Positions 1-8,772 of a DNA stretch of 12,776 nucleotides are shown piece after piece. The position numbers were made by a program, and so were the translations under genes. The notes below the pieces were generated by a model, which saw only the letters and a program-made list of their open reading frames with translations, was not told where the DNA came from and ran no database searches. Source of the DNA: Azolla caroliniana (Eukaryota > Plantae > Polypodiophyta); contig JBHGNT010001034.1 in NCBI GenBank assembly GCA_043228905.1, positions 1 through 12,776 on the forward strand, written 5' to 3'. The first letter of the stretch is position 1. Each line of letters opens with the position of its first letter.

Positions 1-190
1 ATCGATGTCAAGACATTTTGGTGGCGTCTAAGAAGACTCAAGGGTGGAAGTCTTTCTATATTGATGTCAACACATTTTGGTGGCAAAACTTCCACCCTTG
101 ACTATGCTTGGATACCACCAAAATGTCTCCACATCCCTACCCTTGACTTTTCTAGGATGCCACCACCAAAAAAAGTTAACATCAATAGAT
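1..190. repeat. Foldback array of ~50-bp units in both orientations (MITE or terminal-repeat-like remnant), possibly cut by the window edge
   Basis: Unit 1-51 (ATCGATGTCAAGACATTTTGGTGGC...CAAGGGTGGAAGT) has a partial direct copy at ~60-84. Its reverse complement recurs at 88-135 (ACTTCCACCCTTGA...CCACCAAAATGTC..CACATC) and more degenerately at ~136-187. Confidence 0.8.
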
Positions 191-244
191 AAAAACTAAT
201 GGGTGTATAAAAAGAGGAGTGGTACTTTGATATCCTACAAGAAA

Positions 245-460
245 GTATCAGTTAGAAGAGGAGGAAGAAGAAAGTGTCAGTAGAAGAAGAAGAAGAAGAA
301 AAAAATCAGTTTAGAAGTAGTAGTAGAAGAAGAAGGCTAAGAAGAAGAAAACAGTTTAGAAGTAGTAGTACTAGAAGAAGAAGAAGAAGAAGGAAAAATC
401 AGTTTAGAAGTAGTAGTAGTAGTAGTAGTGTTGTTGGTGGTGGTGGCAGTAGTTTAAGAG
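245..460 (+). repeat. Compound microsatellite/minisatellite of (GAA)n, (AGT)n and (GGT)n, punctuated by CAGTT(T)AGAAG, ending at the DUF247 ATG
   Basis: CAGTT(T)AGAAG recurs at ~249, 307, 352 and 400, separated by GAA and AGT runs. GTT/GGT runs occupy 430-446. Confidence 0.9.
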
Positions 461-2005
461 ATGGGTGAGAATATCAACAAGGAAATCTGCGTTACAATCC
501 CACCCAATAGGTCGGCTGTGCATCCATATGAACCCATTCCTCCTAACCATACAAACCACTCCATTAGGCAACTTGGGGGCCAATCCAAATGGTGGGACGA
601 AATGATAAAAAAGATTGATAAAATTACTACTGCTCCTGATACAAATCCATTCAACAAGAAAAGCGATGACGAAAATGTGAAGATTTCGATTCCTCCCAAA
701 GAACTCTTGGAAGCTAAGCAAAAATCATATTGGGATGAAAACCTGACCATCAGACCATTGTATACAAATCTTGTGACCAAATCCTGTCTTGATGACTGTA
801 AGGCACTATGTATGAAGAAATTCATGCAAAGACATGATATAGGAGAGGTGACAAAGCTCATTGAATACCTTATTCCTAACCACCTTGACCTTAACAACCA
901 TTATTCAAACTTCTCCCAAGATTACATCAAAGATTTCCAACTTCTGGTTACTATTGATACCGTCTTCATTCATGAATTCTTATTCTTTTCGAGCACTGCA
1001 CGTTCATATTGCCAAGATAAGCAACAGGAGTTCTTACACAGTTTCTTCAATAACAAAACTAAATGCAACCAAGAACCTATTATAAATACTGGCTACTTGG
1101 ACAAATTCTTCAACAATGGTTTCAAATGCAAACCTGTATGGAGGAACTTCTTCTTGATGGGAAACCAAATTCCCATGTCCTTTCTAAAGACGATTGCAGA
1201 GTTTCCAAACAAAAACGAAGTCAATTTGAAAGATCTCCAGGCAGTGTTAGTCGATATTGTTGCGAGAAATTCCCCATTCCCCATGGGCTATAATGATTGG
1301 CACAAGAATGTTCCATATCCAAATTTACTCAATTGCAAACATCTACTGGATTGCCAATATGTTCTGGTCACACAAGGATTAAACGAGCTGAGATCCCCGC
1401 AAATCCAACATAATTGGTCGACGAATCAAGGAGCTGGCAAGCTACAGTCTAAACATCGTGATCGGCTGCCACCAGCGTCTCAACTGTCAAAAGTCGGCAT
1501 TTCGTTTCATGCTCTGAGTCATAGAAGTGGCACATCAATGATCAGGTATCATCGGAAGAAACTTCAGCTCTATCTTCCGTGGATTGTGGTGTACGAAGGC
1601 ACGGAGAATGTGCTGCGGAACCTGCTTGCCTATGAGCAGACCTCCAAAGATGGAGGTGAGTTTGCTAAGTATGTTGTAATCATGGACTCACTCATTGATA
1701 CAACAGAGGATCTAGCAATCTTGACTAAGGCAGGGGTGATAGTGAACCACCTCGGGAGCGATCAGAAGTTGGTCAACATGTGGAACAACATGAGCGAGAA
1801 TGTCACCATTCGATCATGCAGAAGATGGGACAATATGACATGGGAGGTACTACGTGACTATGAAAACTCTTGGCGTTGCATGTATGTGGAGTTTCATGAG
1901 AAGTCCTTCTCTCGCCCATGGCTGACCACATCGGTCATTGCTGGAATCCTAATCCTTATATTCACATTATTGCAGACTATCTACACAATCTTAGGCTATT
2001 ACTAG
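461..2005 (+). CDS. DUF247 (UPF0481-like) family protein, 514 aa, single exon, C-terminal transmembrane anchor (copy 1)
   Basis: Long uninterrupted ATG-to-TAG ORF with DUF247 motifs recognised by eye: LMGNQIP (cf. LLENQIP), HLLD, LPPASQLSKVGISF, LRNLLAYEQ, YVVIMDSLIDTTEDLAILTKAGVIVNHLGSD, FSRPW, then the hydrophobic tail SVIAGILILIFTLLQTIYTILGYY. Confidence 0.93.
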   Translation: MGENINKEICVTIPPNRSAVHPYEPIPPNHTNHSIRQLGGQSKWWDEMIKKIDKITTAPDTNPFNKKSDDENVKISIPPKELLEAKQKSYWDENLTIRPLYTNLVTKSCLDDCKALCMKKFMQRHDIGEVTKLIEYLIPNHLDLNNHYSNFSQDYIKDFQLLVTIDTVFIHEFLFFSSTARSYCQDKQQEFLHSFFNNKTKCNQEPIINTGYLDKFFNNGFKCKPVWRNFFLMGNQIPMSFLKTIAEFPNKNEVNLKDLQAVLVDIVARNSPFPMGYNDWHKNVPYPNLLNCKHLLDCQYVLVTQGLNELRSPQIQHNWSTNQGAGKLQSKHRDRLPPASQLSKVGISFHALSHRSGTSMIRYHRKKLQLYLPWIVVYEGTENVLRNLLAYEQTSKDGGEFAKYVVIMDSLIDTTEDLAILTKAGVIVNHLGSDQKLVNMWNNMSENVTIRSCRRWDNMTWEVLRDYENSWRCMYVEFHEKSFSRPWLTTSVIAGILILIFTLLQTIYTILGYY

Positions 2006-2303
2006 TTGAATCTCTGAATCAACTCTTGGGCAGAGATAGGGAAGCTCAAAAACAATCAAGTGTTTGAGCTTTCTTTCCTTTAAGTTCATTTCTGGGATCT
2101 CATTTTGACTCCATTACTTTAGTTAGATCTATCCCAATTTATAATCCATATGAGCTTTTATCAGTGTGGAAGATTGTCCTAAGCATCTTTGTGCTTAGAA
2201 ATAAGAACGCGGTGAGACATCATGGCATTGTATTTACCACACCTTCATTGGTGCTTAATACATGATTGAGTAATTATTTGTTACAAGGATTTTTAATGGG
2301 TAT

Positions 2304-2336
2304 TAAGTGACACTTCTAACAATAGTAACTTGATGA
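2304..2336 (+). repeat. Direct repeat copy A (partner at 2835-2867), bracketing the LTR-like element
   Basis: TAAGTGACACTTCTAA is identical at 2304-2319 and 2835-2850, and similarity continues with mismatches for ~17 more bases. Confidence 0.85.
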
Positions 2337-2743
2337 TGAATATGGGACTCGGCCACAACAGAGATTTAAGTACAAAAGAAGAGAAAACATAAAACAGAAA
2401 TGCTCAAATGAGAGAACACAGAGACACGGGATGTTTAACATGGAAAACGCGAATCGGGAAAAACCACATGGAGTGTACAAACTCCCGACAGAACACTATA
2501 TGGGGAGGAGTTACAACAAGAGGATTGAAGGCAACGACCTTGGGCTCTTCTTCGTCAACTAACAGCTACAGAGTTACACATTGTTCTCACTCTCTCACAC
2601 ATATACACTAGTTACAAAGGCCACTACTGCTCTAACTTTTTTAACAACTAAAATCATCATAACATAATGATTGCCTTAGGTGTATATATATTAATATACA
2701 ATATGGACTATGGCCCACTAAGGACATATTTAGACTATTTACA
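2331..2743 (-). mobile_element. Probable Ty1/copia-type solo LTR or LTR fragment; boundaries and orientation approximate
   Basis: Contains TTTAACATGGAAAAC...GGGAAAAACCACATGGAG (~2434-2473), resembling a motif I recognise from antisense plant copia LTRs and shared with the 4261-4987 element. A CT-rich tract and TA run follow. Candidate termini are TG (2331) and ACA (2743). No clean 5-bp TSD found. Confidence 0.55.
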
Positions 2744-2797
2744 AAATTTATAGTCTCCTGAATCGGCTTCAGCCGATGCAGCTAATGATCGAGTCAA

Positions 2798-2831
2798 TTT
2801 TCGGTTTTCGGTTTTCGATTTTCAATTTCGG
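2798..2831 (+). repeat. Short TTTTCG(G/A)-type tandem repeat
   Basis: TTTTCGGTTTTCGGTTTTCGATTTTCAATTTCGG: about five units of ~6-7 bp. Confidence 0.75.
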
Positions 2832-2834
2832 CTC

Positions 2835-2867
2835 TAAGTGACACTTCTAATAATAACGACTCAATGA
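2835..2867 (+). repeat. Direct repeat copy B (partner at 2304-2336)
   Basis: TAAGTGACACTTCTAATAATAACGACTCAATGA versus TAAGTGACACTTCTAACAATAGTAACTTGATGA. Confidence 0.85.
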
Positions 2868-4381
2868 ATGGTGTCATGAGCAATGTTTTTATGGCACTTA
2901 TGATAGGTATCCTCATGTTTCTTAACCCTACATAAAAAGTCTTCTTCAATGTTGAGTGAATTCCTCTGCACAATGTAAGCATGCCCTGTGCGGAGGAACT
3001 TTCTCAAGACTAATGTGGGGAGATTAGGAAGTGGTTCTAGCTAGAGTTTTTAGAATCTAGCTAGTCGAGATTCTCAAAAGTAGCTATTTTCCGTCCATTA
3101 GGCCTAATTTATAGGAAAATTAACGTTAAAAGATGTACAAGTTTAAAAACTTTTGTCCCCCCTTCTCATGTTCTCTACAGTTATTTATAAAAGGAAAATT
3201 GAATGTCACTAAATAGGCCCATAAACGTTGCTGGGCCAAACCATTTCCAAGGGTCATATATTTTGAATACTACAAAGCTAACTAACAAATACTTATTTGC
3301 ACATTTGAAGATCTATTTGTCATTTTAGCATCAACTAAAAATCTTTTCTAGCACAATTCTTAGCACCACCTGTATAAATGTTCCGCATAAATAATCGACA
3401 TCATTGGTGGATCAAGCCTGTGCAGAAATTGTCTATCACAGTTGTAGACACTGGGAAACAAGAACCCAAATAAAACAGAGTTTTTCAATTTTCAAAATGC
3501 ATAAAAACAGAAAACAAGGAGTTTGCTCATTACACTGGCCTCAAGCTCTACAGCCAAAAGAAGGAACTATGATCCGCGAGACCTTCTTTGTTTTTCAGAT
3601 TGCACGAAAAAAAAAGCAATTGACCTCTACTAGCCTTCACAAAAATTTTGACCTATTCGAGATCAAATTACTAGAAAGATTTTCAGAATACCTCCCCACC
3701 AAAACTGCAATAACTGATTGATGGATGATAGATTTGAAGAATTGGTTATCACCATCGACAAGCCAGGAGGAATGGTCTATTGATCTCAAATTTCCATTGC
3801 GTGATATGCTATGCAATCGACATTGAGCAGTACAACCAAAAACTGATTAAATACACTACACATTATTGCTTGGATGGATGCAGACTATCCCTTGTATCAT
3901 AAGCTTGCGCATCATTGTATGAAGGAATTGGTATGACAAGACATGGCATCTTCATTGCTTTAGCAGAATCTACTTCAGCTTGGCCTAATCAAACTTTTGT
4001 GTAGCACAGACTTTCAATAACACCATTTCTCGAGTCAATTCATCCATTTTTACTAAAATTATTGGTCTAAGATTGGGAAATTTTAGACTCCCTGTGGATT
4101 CTTTGGATTTGTCTTTTGTTTTTCAACCCAATTACATGGAACGTTTAATTGTGGAAATAGACATCTTAACCGGGGAGGCTTTAGAACACTTCGATATTAA
4201 TATATTTACTTGGTCATATTTTAATAACTTCAAATATATTTCTTACACGTGATATGGATATGTTTGTAGACAGAGACAAACAGAAAATAAACTGAAACAC
4301 AAACAAAAAATTCAGAATACACACGATTTACATGGAAACCTGAAACCAGGGAAAACCATGGAGCAGCAAAATTCCCACGAT

Positions 4382-4513
4382 GGATCAAGAGTATACATGA
4401 TCGATTAGAAGGCTCATTAGCTTTCTAGGAGAAAGACTCAAATCTCAGGATCAAGAGTATACAGATCGATTACAAAAGCCCCTTAGCTTTCTAGGAGAAA
4501 GACTCAAATCTCA
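4382..4513 (+). repeat. 2 x 66-bp tandem duplication inside the LTR-like element
   Basis: GGATCAAGAGTATACA...TTAGCTTTCTAGGAGAAAGACTCAAATCTCA at 4382-4447 and 4448-4513. Confidence 0.93.
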
Positions 4514-4741
4514 GAGAATACCACAATAGTATGGAAGAGACGAAACTCACTCAACAATAGCCACCTGTTGGACTCTTTTGTTTTCTTCTTCTTCTCTGTC
4601 TCTCGCGCACTCTCTGTTGGACTCTCTGCTCACAGTCACTCACATCTACTGTCTTAGCACTTTCTTTCTCTCTTCGCACTGTGTTCTTCACTCTGTCTCA
4701 AGCGCTCAACAGTTTCCCCTAACTTACATATACCAATTTCC

Positions 4742-4807
4742 TATATATATATATACATACATATGTATCTACATATATACATATATCATATATGTATGTA
4801 TATATAT
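4742..4807. repeat. Imperfect (TA)n microsatellite
   Basis: TATATATATATATACATACATATGTATCTACATATATAC... seen directly. Confidence 0.9.
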
Positions 4808-6343
4808 GTTTATTGGTCGACCGATTGATCGGTTTGACTATCTGACCCTGTCTTCGACCATCTGATCGGCCCTCAATGACCTATGATTCGCCCAACCCCC
4901 AAATCGATCGATTGACCGATCCAACCAACCGATCAGAATTCAGCCACTGATAGTCTCCTCCCATCAAGAGGGACACAATACCTAACAGTTATCAATCAAA
5001 TAAATATATAGGCATGATGCATGCATTTTTTAAGTCGACTATCACATAACTTTTTCTATGAAACCATAGTTTCATTCAATAACTTCTTCGACGAAAATGT
5101 AAATTCATAGCTGAAAAGAATATAGAGGTCAATCGACACGGTGTCATCAATGTTCTACTTTGTAATCATCAAATGTCATAATTATAGTGATTGTCATTCA
5201 CATTATTTCATAATTTCATAAGTGATTATGTAGTTGTTTCATCGATAGGGTATTGAATGGGACACTCCCTACATGGGTTCAAAAAGTTGCCTTTAGAAGA
5301 AAGAAACTCACCTACCACTTAATGCCCCCCACAATTAGTTGGAGATCTTTATTGTCCATAACCTTGAGATTGAATCCACAAACAAGGTTACCTTGAGGTT
5401 GTAACCTCTAATGGCTAAAATGTGAAAAGTATATATTGCATGAGCATTTGCATGTATTAGTTTACAAGAGAAATGATAGAGATATTTTGTTAACCACATG
5501 AAGGCTTATGTATATGTATATGTTCAAACGTCCACTCTAGTAAAAAAGAAAACACAAGAATCAACCAACATATGTGAGATCATATTATATTGAATCAACA
5601 TGGATTCATTGTTCGATAAAATCTGCTTTCCTAAGACTTTGCGACAACATGCAAATATTTGAATACTTTCTATTGTCCGTTGATAAGATCGAGGAAACCA
5701 TCGTTGCGTATATGCTTAGATCTAGTGCTTTGAAGAGGGATAGAGGCAAAGCAATAATTCAATACTCTTTACGAAATAAAGGAAAAGCGAGAGTCTCGTA
5801 TGAGGATACGTTGATTTTGAGGCTTTATGACGTACAAAGTTGATCACAATACCAATGGAGAAAGCTCCTAGGGAATTGAACTTACTCCACAATCTAGACT
5901 CAACTTTTATTTTCCAAAAAAGGAGCTTTTTTCCCATGAGTTAGGAGAGGATCTAGACTCAACTTATTAACAAGGTGTTAGCAATGCATAACTTTCAAAC
6001 ATAATTATTGGAATCATAGTTTATTGGTATTAAGGGAGCATTTCAACATTTCCAAGAGGGAAACAGTAATTGGCTGAAGAAAACATTCAAACTTCAAAAA
6101 ACATTACCATTTCGTTGTTTACAAATCTGATTCAAATCTGGACTACCGCAGTTTTAACCAACATGTATGATGTAACATATTACTATTATTTGATGGAAAA
6201 GCATGCTCCGCACCCAAACAACCATAACTTATCATTAGATAATCAATGTCAATGTCGTAATGTAATGTAAGATGATGAGTTATACAAGTACTAGAATTTG
6301 GTTTTTCATTAAGTTTTGCGAGGAAAGATGAAGGTTCATCTGT

Positions 6344-6925
6344 ATGGAAGGTTCATATGTTCTCTCCAAAGAGGAATTTGTTCGCCTGCCAACAGCATCT
6401 GAACTCCGCAAAGTCGGCATTTCATTCAAGGCGTGTGAAGGTAACCTCTCGGTGATCAAGTATGACAAGAGGACACGTCGGCTCCATCTTCCGAAGATTG
6501 CCGTGCTCGGCAGCACGGAGGATATGCTGAGGAACCTCACTGCATTGGAAATAAGTCACAGCTATGGAACTGCGTTTTCGATGTATGGTGTCATAATGGA
6601 TCAGCTCATCAACACCCAGGAAGATCTCGAAATCTTGGAGAAGGCCAAGGTCATAGAGAACCACCTGGAGACCGGCCGGAGGTTGATCGACATGTGGAAA
6701 CACATGTGCATCAATAAGCGCTACGATCCCCGCACCGGATCAATGGTCGATGATATCGTGGCCGACCATTCCTCCACTTGGCATCGCTGGCTTGTCGAGT
6801 TTTGTGACAGGTTCTGTTCTCGGCCATGGTATACGACATCATTCTTTGCCGCGTTTATACTGCTCATAGCGACAATATTGCAGACAGTCTTCACAGTCTT
6901 AGCTTACCTCAATCCCAAACCTTGA
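6344..6925 (+). pseudogene. DUF247 copy 2: C-terminal ~190 aa only, frame open (5'-truncated paralog or short gene)
   Basis: RLPTASELRKVGISFKA, LRNLTALE, YGVIMDQLINTQEDLEILEKAKVIENHL and SRPWY plus TM tail align to copy 1 from about residue 335. An in-frame TGA lies at 6329-6331, and I see no recognisable N-terminal half upstream. Confidence 0.8.
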
Positions 6926-7087
6926 CCCACACCTTTAACCCTTGGTTTAAATGGTGAATCGTTTTCATGATTCATGTATAAATTAATTATTAGTTTGATT
7001 TATAGGTTTGTCTATTTCCCATTATTTATGTATCTAATGTCCTGGACCAGATCGCCTTATGAAATATTGTGGAAGAGAATGTACTCT

Positions 7088-7266
7088 AGAGATCACCGTG
7101 GGGGATTTTATTGTCCAACGTAATTCATTCTTGTTTTTCTATATTGATTTTAATATGTTTTGGTGGGATACAAGAAGAGATCACCGTGGGGGATTTTATT
7201 GTCCAACGTAATTCATTCTTGTTTTTCTATATTGATTTTAATATGTTTTGGTGAGATACAAGAAGA
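7088..7266 (+). repeat. 2 x 88-bp near-perfect tandem duplication, with a degenerate third unit to ~7335
   Basis: AGAGATCACCGTGGGGGATTTTATTGTCCAACG...GATACAAGA at 7088-7175 and 7176-7263; one mismatch (GGGATA/GAGATA). Confidence 0.95.
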
Positions 7267-7671
7267 CTGGGGGCGGGAAGTTTTTTATATTATTGTCAAC
7301 ATGTTCTTGTTTCTCAGCAATTTGATGTTTAGTATGCACATTTAGATTGGGTGATTGTGATAACTATGAATCGATAACAACCTCACACTATTAAAAAACA
7401 ATGTATGAAGTAGAAGTGTCTTGATTCGTTTGTTGTTTCAATAATTCGCTAATCACCAATTATTTATCATAAGTACAGAATCGGATTGCAAATGGCATAT
7501 TCGACAATGTTTTTATGAGACCATCATAGGACTCCTATTCCCAGTCACTACAAATGAACAAATAACAGAAATAACGTTCAATGATCCCAAATGAATGAAA
7601 AATACGAGAAATAAGAAAGCTTCTGTTTTTTGCCCTAGGGTTTGATGAAGGTACGGTCATCAAATTAGGGT

Positions 7672-7990
7672 CTAACTTTTGTAATAGCCTGCGCACAGTA
7701 TAGCCTGTCTGCACTAATGAGAAAAGGAGCGGTAGAAACGCCACAAGGAGCGAAATGGTTAGCCATGGCCAAGAGAAATACTTCTCACGAAACATCCACA
7801 TACATGACAGGCCTAGGATTTTCATAGTCATCCAATACATCTTCAATCATGTCGTCCCAATCCGGGCATGGCCGATCCGAGACAGTGATGCATCACTGAA
7901 GCTTTCTCTTGTTGTAGTGCATCACTGATATTGTATCGATTGTTTTGCTCCAATGATCTTGAGAACACAATGCTGACAAGATGGAGAGGT
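7672..7990 (-). pseudogene. DUF247 copy 3: inverted, frameshifted, internally deleted remnant
   Basis: Minus-strand pieces in changing frames: LHLVSIVF / ISVMHYNKRKLQ / RPCPDWDDMIEDVLDDYENPRPVMYV / FREKYFSWPWLTISLLVAFLPLLFSLVQTGYTV / GYYKS*. They match copy 1 (SMIRYHRKKLQ ... RSCRRWDNMTWEVLRDYENSWRCMYVEFHEKSFSRPWLT ... GYY*). The 5' limit is approximate. Confidence 0.85.
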
Positions 7991-8772
7991 GTTTTGAATG
8001 AGGAAATAGGCATTGTGGAGGAGGCCATCAACTAGAAGTTACTATGGTGTGGAAGATCAAAAATGTAATATATACCATTCATTCAAATTAGGTTATCGAA
8101 AACTTTAAGAGAAACATAAATCCTTAAGAATGCATGATGATGTCTTAATGTTAGTGGAACTTTAATTGCTAATGACCTACAATCGTCACAATAACTATGA
8201 TGTTTCCCAATGGCATTGATGGGTTTTAATTGACATTCTCGTAATGTCACTTGCATGTAGTATCAACAAAAATTGGTGTCACGTCTAGAAAAACATACCT
8301 CAGTAGCATGAGTGTGAAATACATTGGTAATTGAGGGAGGAAAAGCCTACAAGAAAGCAAAGGTAATGTTCTCTTTTCCCATTTCAGCAGAGGAACCAAT
8401 GCCAATAACCCTGTTGTTCCACACAAGGCATTTCCCAAAACAACCTCTATTTGCTCAATCATCCTCTTCAATTCATCAAGTTATGCAATTATTGATATTG
8501 TTCATTTCGTGTGTGTACTTTGCAAATAACTTGCAAATGTGAAGGTCTAGATCCATAGAGTTCCCTCTCATAAACGTGAGAATGTTCTATTTTGTAAGTA
8601 ATTTGTAACGTTTCACATTGCCATTTCACACCTACCATGTAGGGCAAGGTCTTTAGTTTGTATTTCGGAGGATTTGTTGACATCATTTTGCAAAATTGTT
8701 TGGCCCCACGGAAACTTCCTTACATTCTAATTTCTGGATGATTGTTTAAATTATCCAAAATATTCTTTCCAT

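Larger units (their letters stand above)
4261..4987 (-). mobile_element. Probable Ty1/copia-type solo LTR (~727 bp)
   Basis: Starts TGTT and ends AACA, matching LTR terminal inverted repeats. Contains GATTTACATGGAAACC...GGGAAAACCATGGAG (~4325-4363), an internal 66-bp tandem duplication, a CT-rich tract and a TA microsatellite. Flanks give only an imperfect TSD (GATAT/GTTAT, overlapping the first base). Confidence 0.65.

Noticed and set aside
274-468. 64-aa Arg/Ser/Glu-rich ORF
   Set aside because: GTG start and simply the translation of the triplet-repeat tract.
404-1293. Short ORFs overlapping copy 1 (similar shadows overlap copies 2, 4 and 5)
   Set aside because: Alternate-frame or antisense shadows of DUF247 coding sequence with no independent motifs.
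2408-2982. ORFs 2408..2611 and 2794..2982
   Set aside because: They lie in LTR-like or simple-repeat DNA and have no recognisable domain.
3404-4140. 105-aa ORF and following coding-looking sequence
   Set aside because: TTG start, stops in the frames I translated, and no motif I can recognise. It may be a TE relic; BLASTX is needed.
4578-4865. 95-aa hydrophobic ORF as a possible small secreted partner (HPS10-like) of DUF247
   Set aside because: TTG start, derived from CT and TA microsatellites inside the LTR-like element. I found no credible small secreted-peptide gene in the window.
5574-6270. Short ORFs and a 15-bp direct repeat ATCTAGACTCAACTT (5892, 5951)
   Set aside because: No domain similarity and no match to the DUF247 N-terminus. 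The repeat is too short and isolated to interpret.
7088-7266. CRISPR-like or satellite array
   Set aside because: Only two adjacent near-identical units with no unique spacers, in a eukaryotic context.
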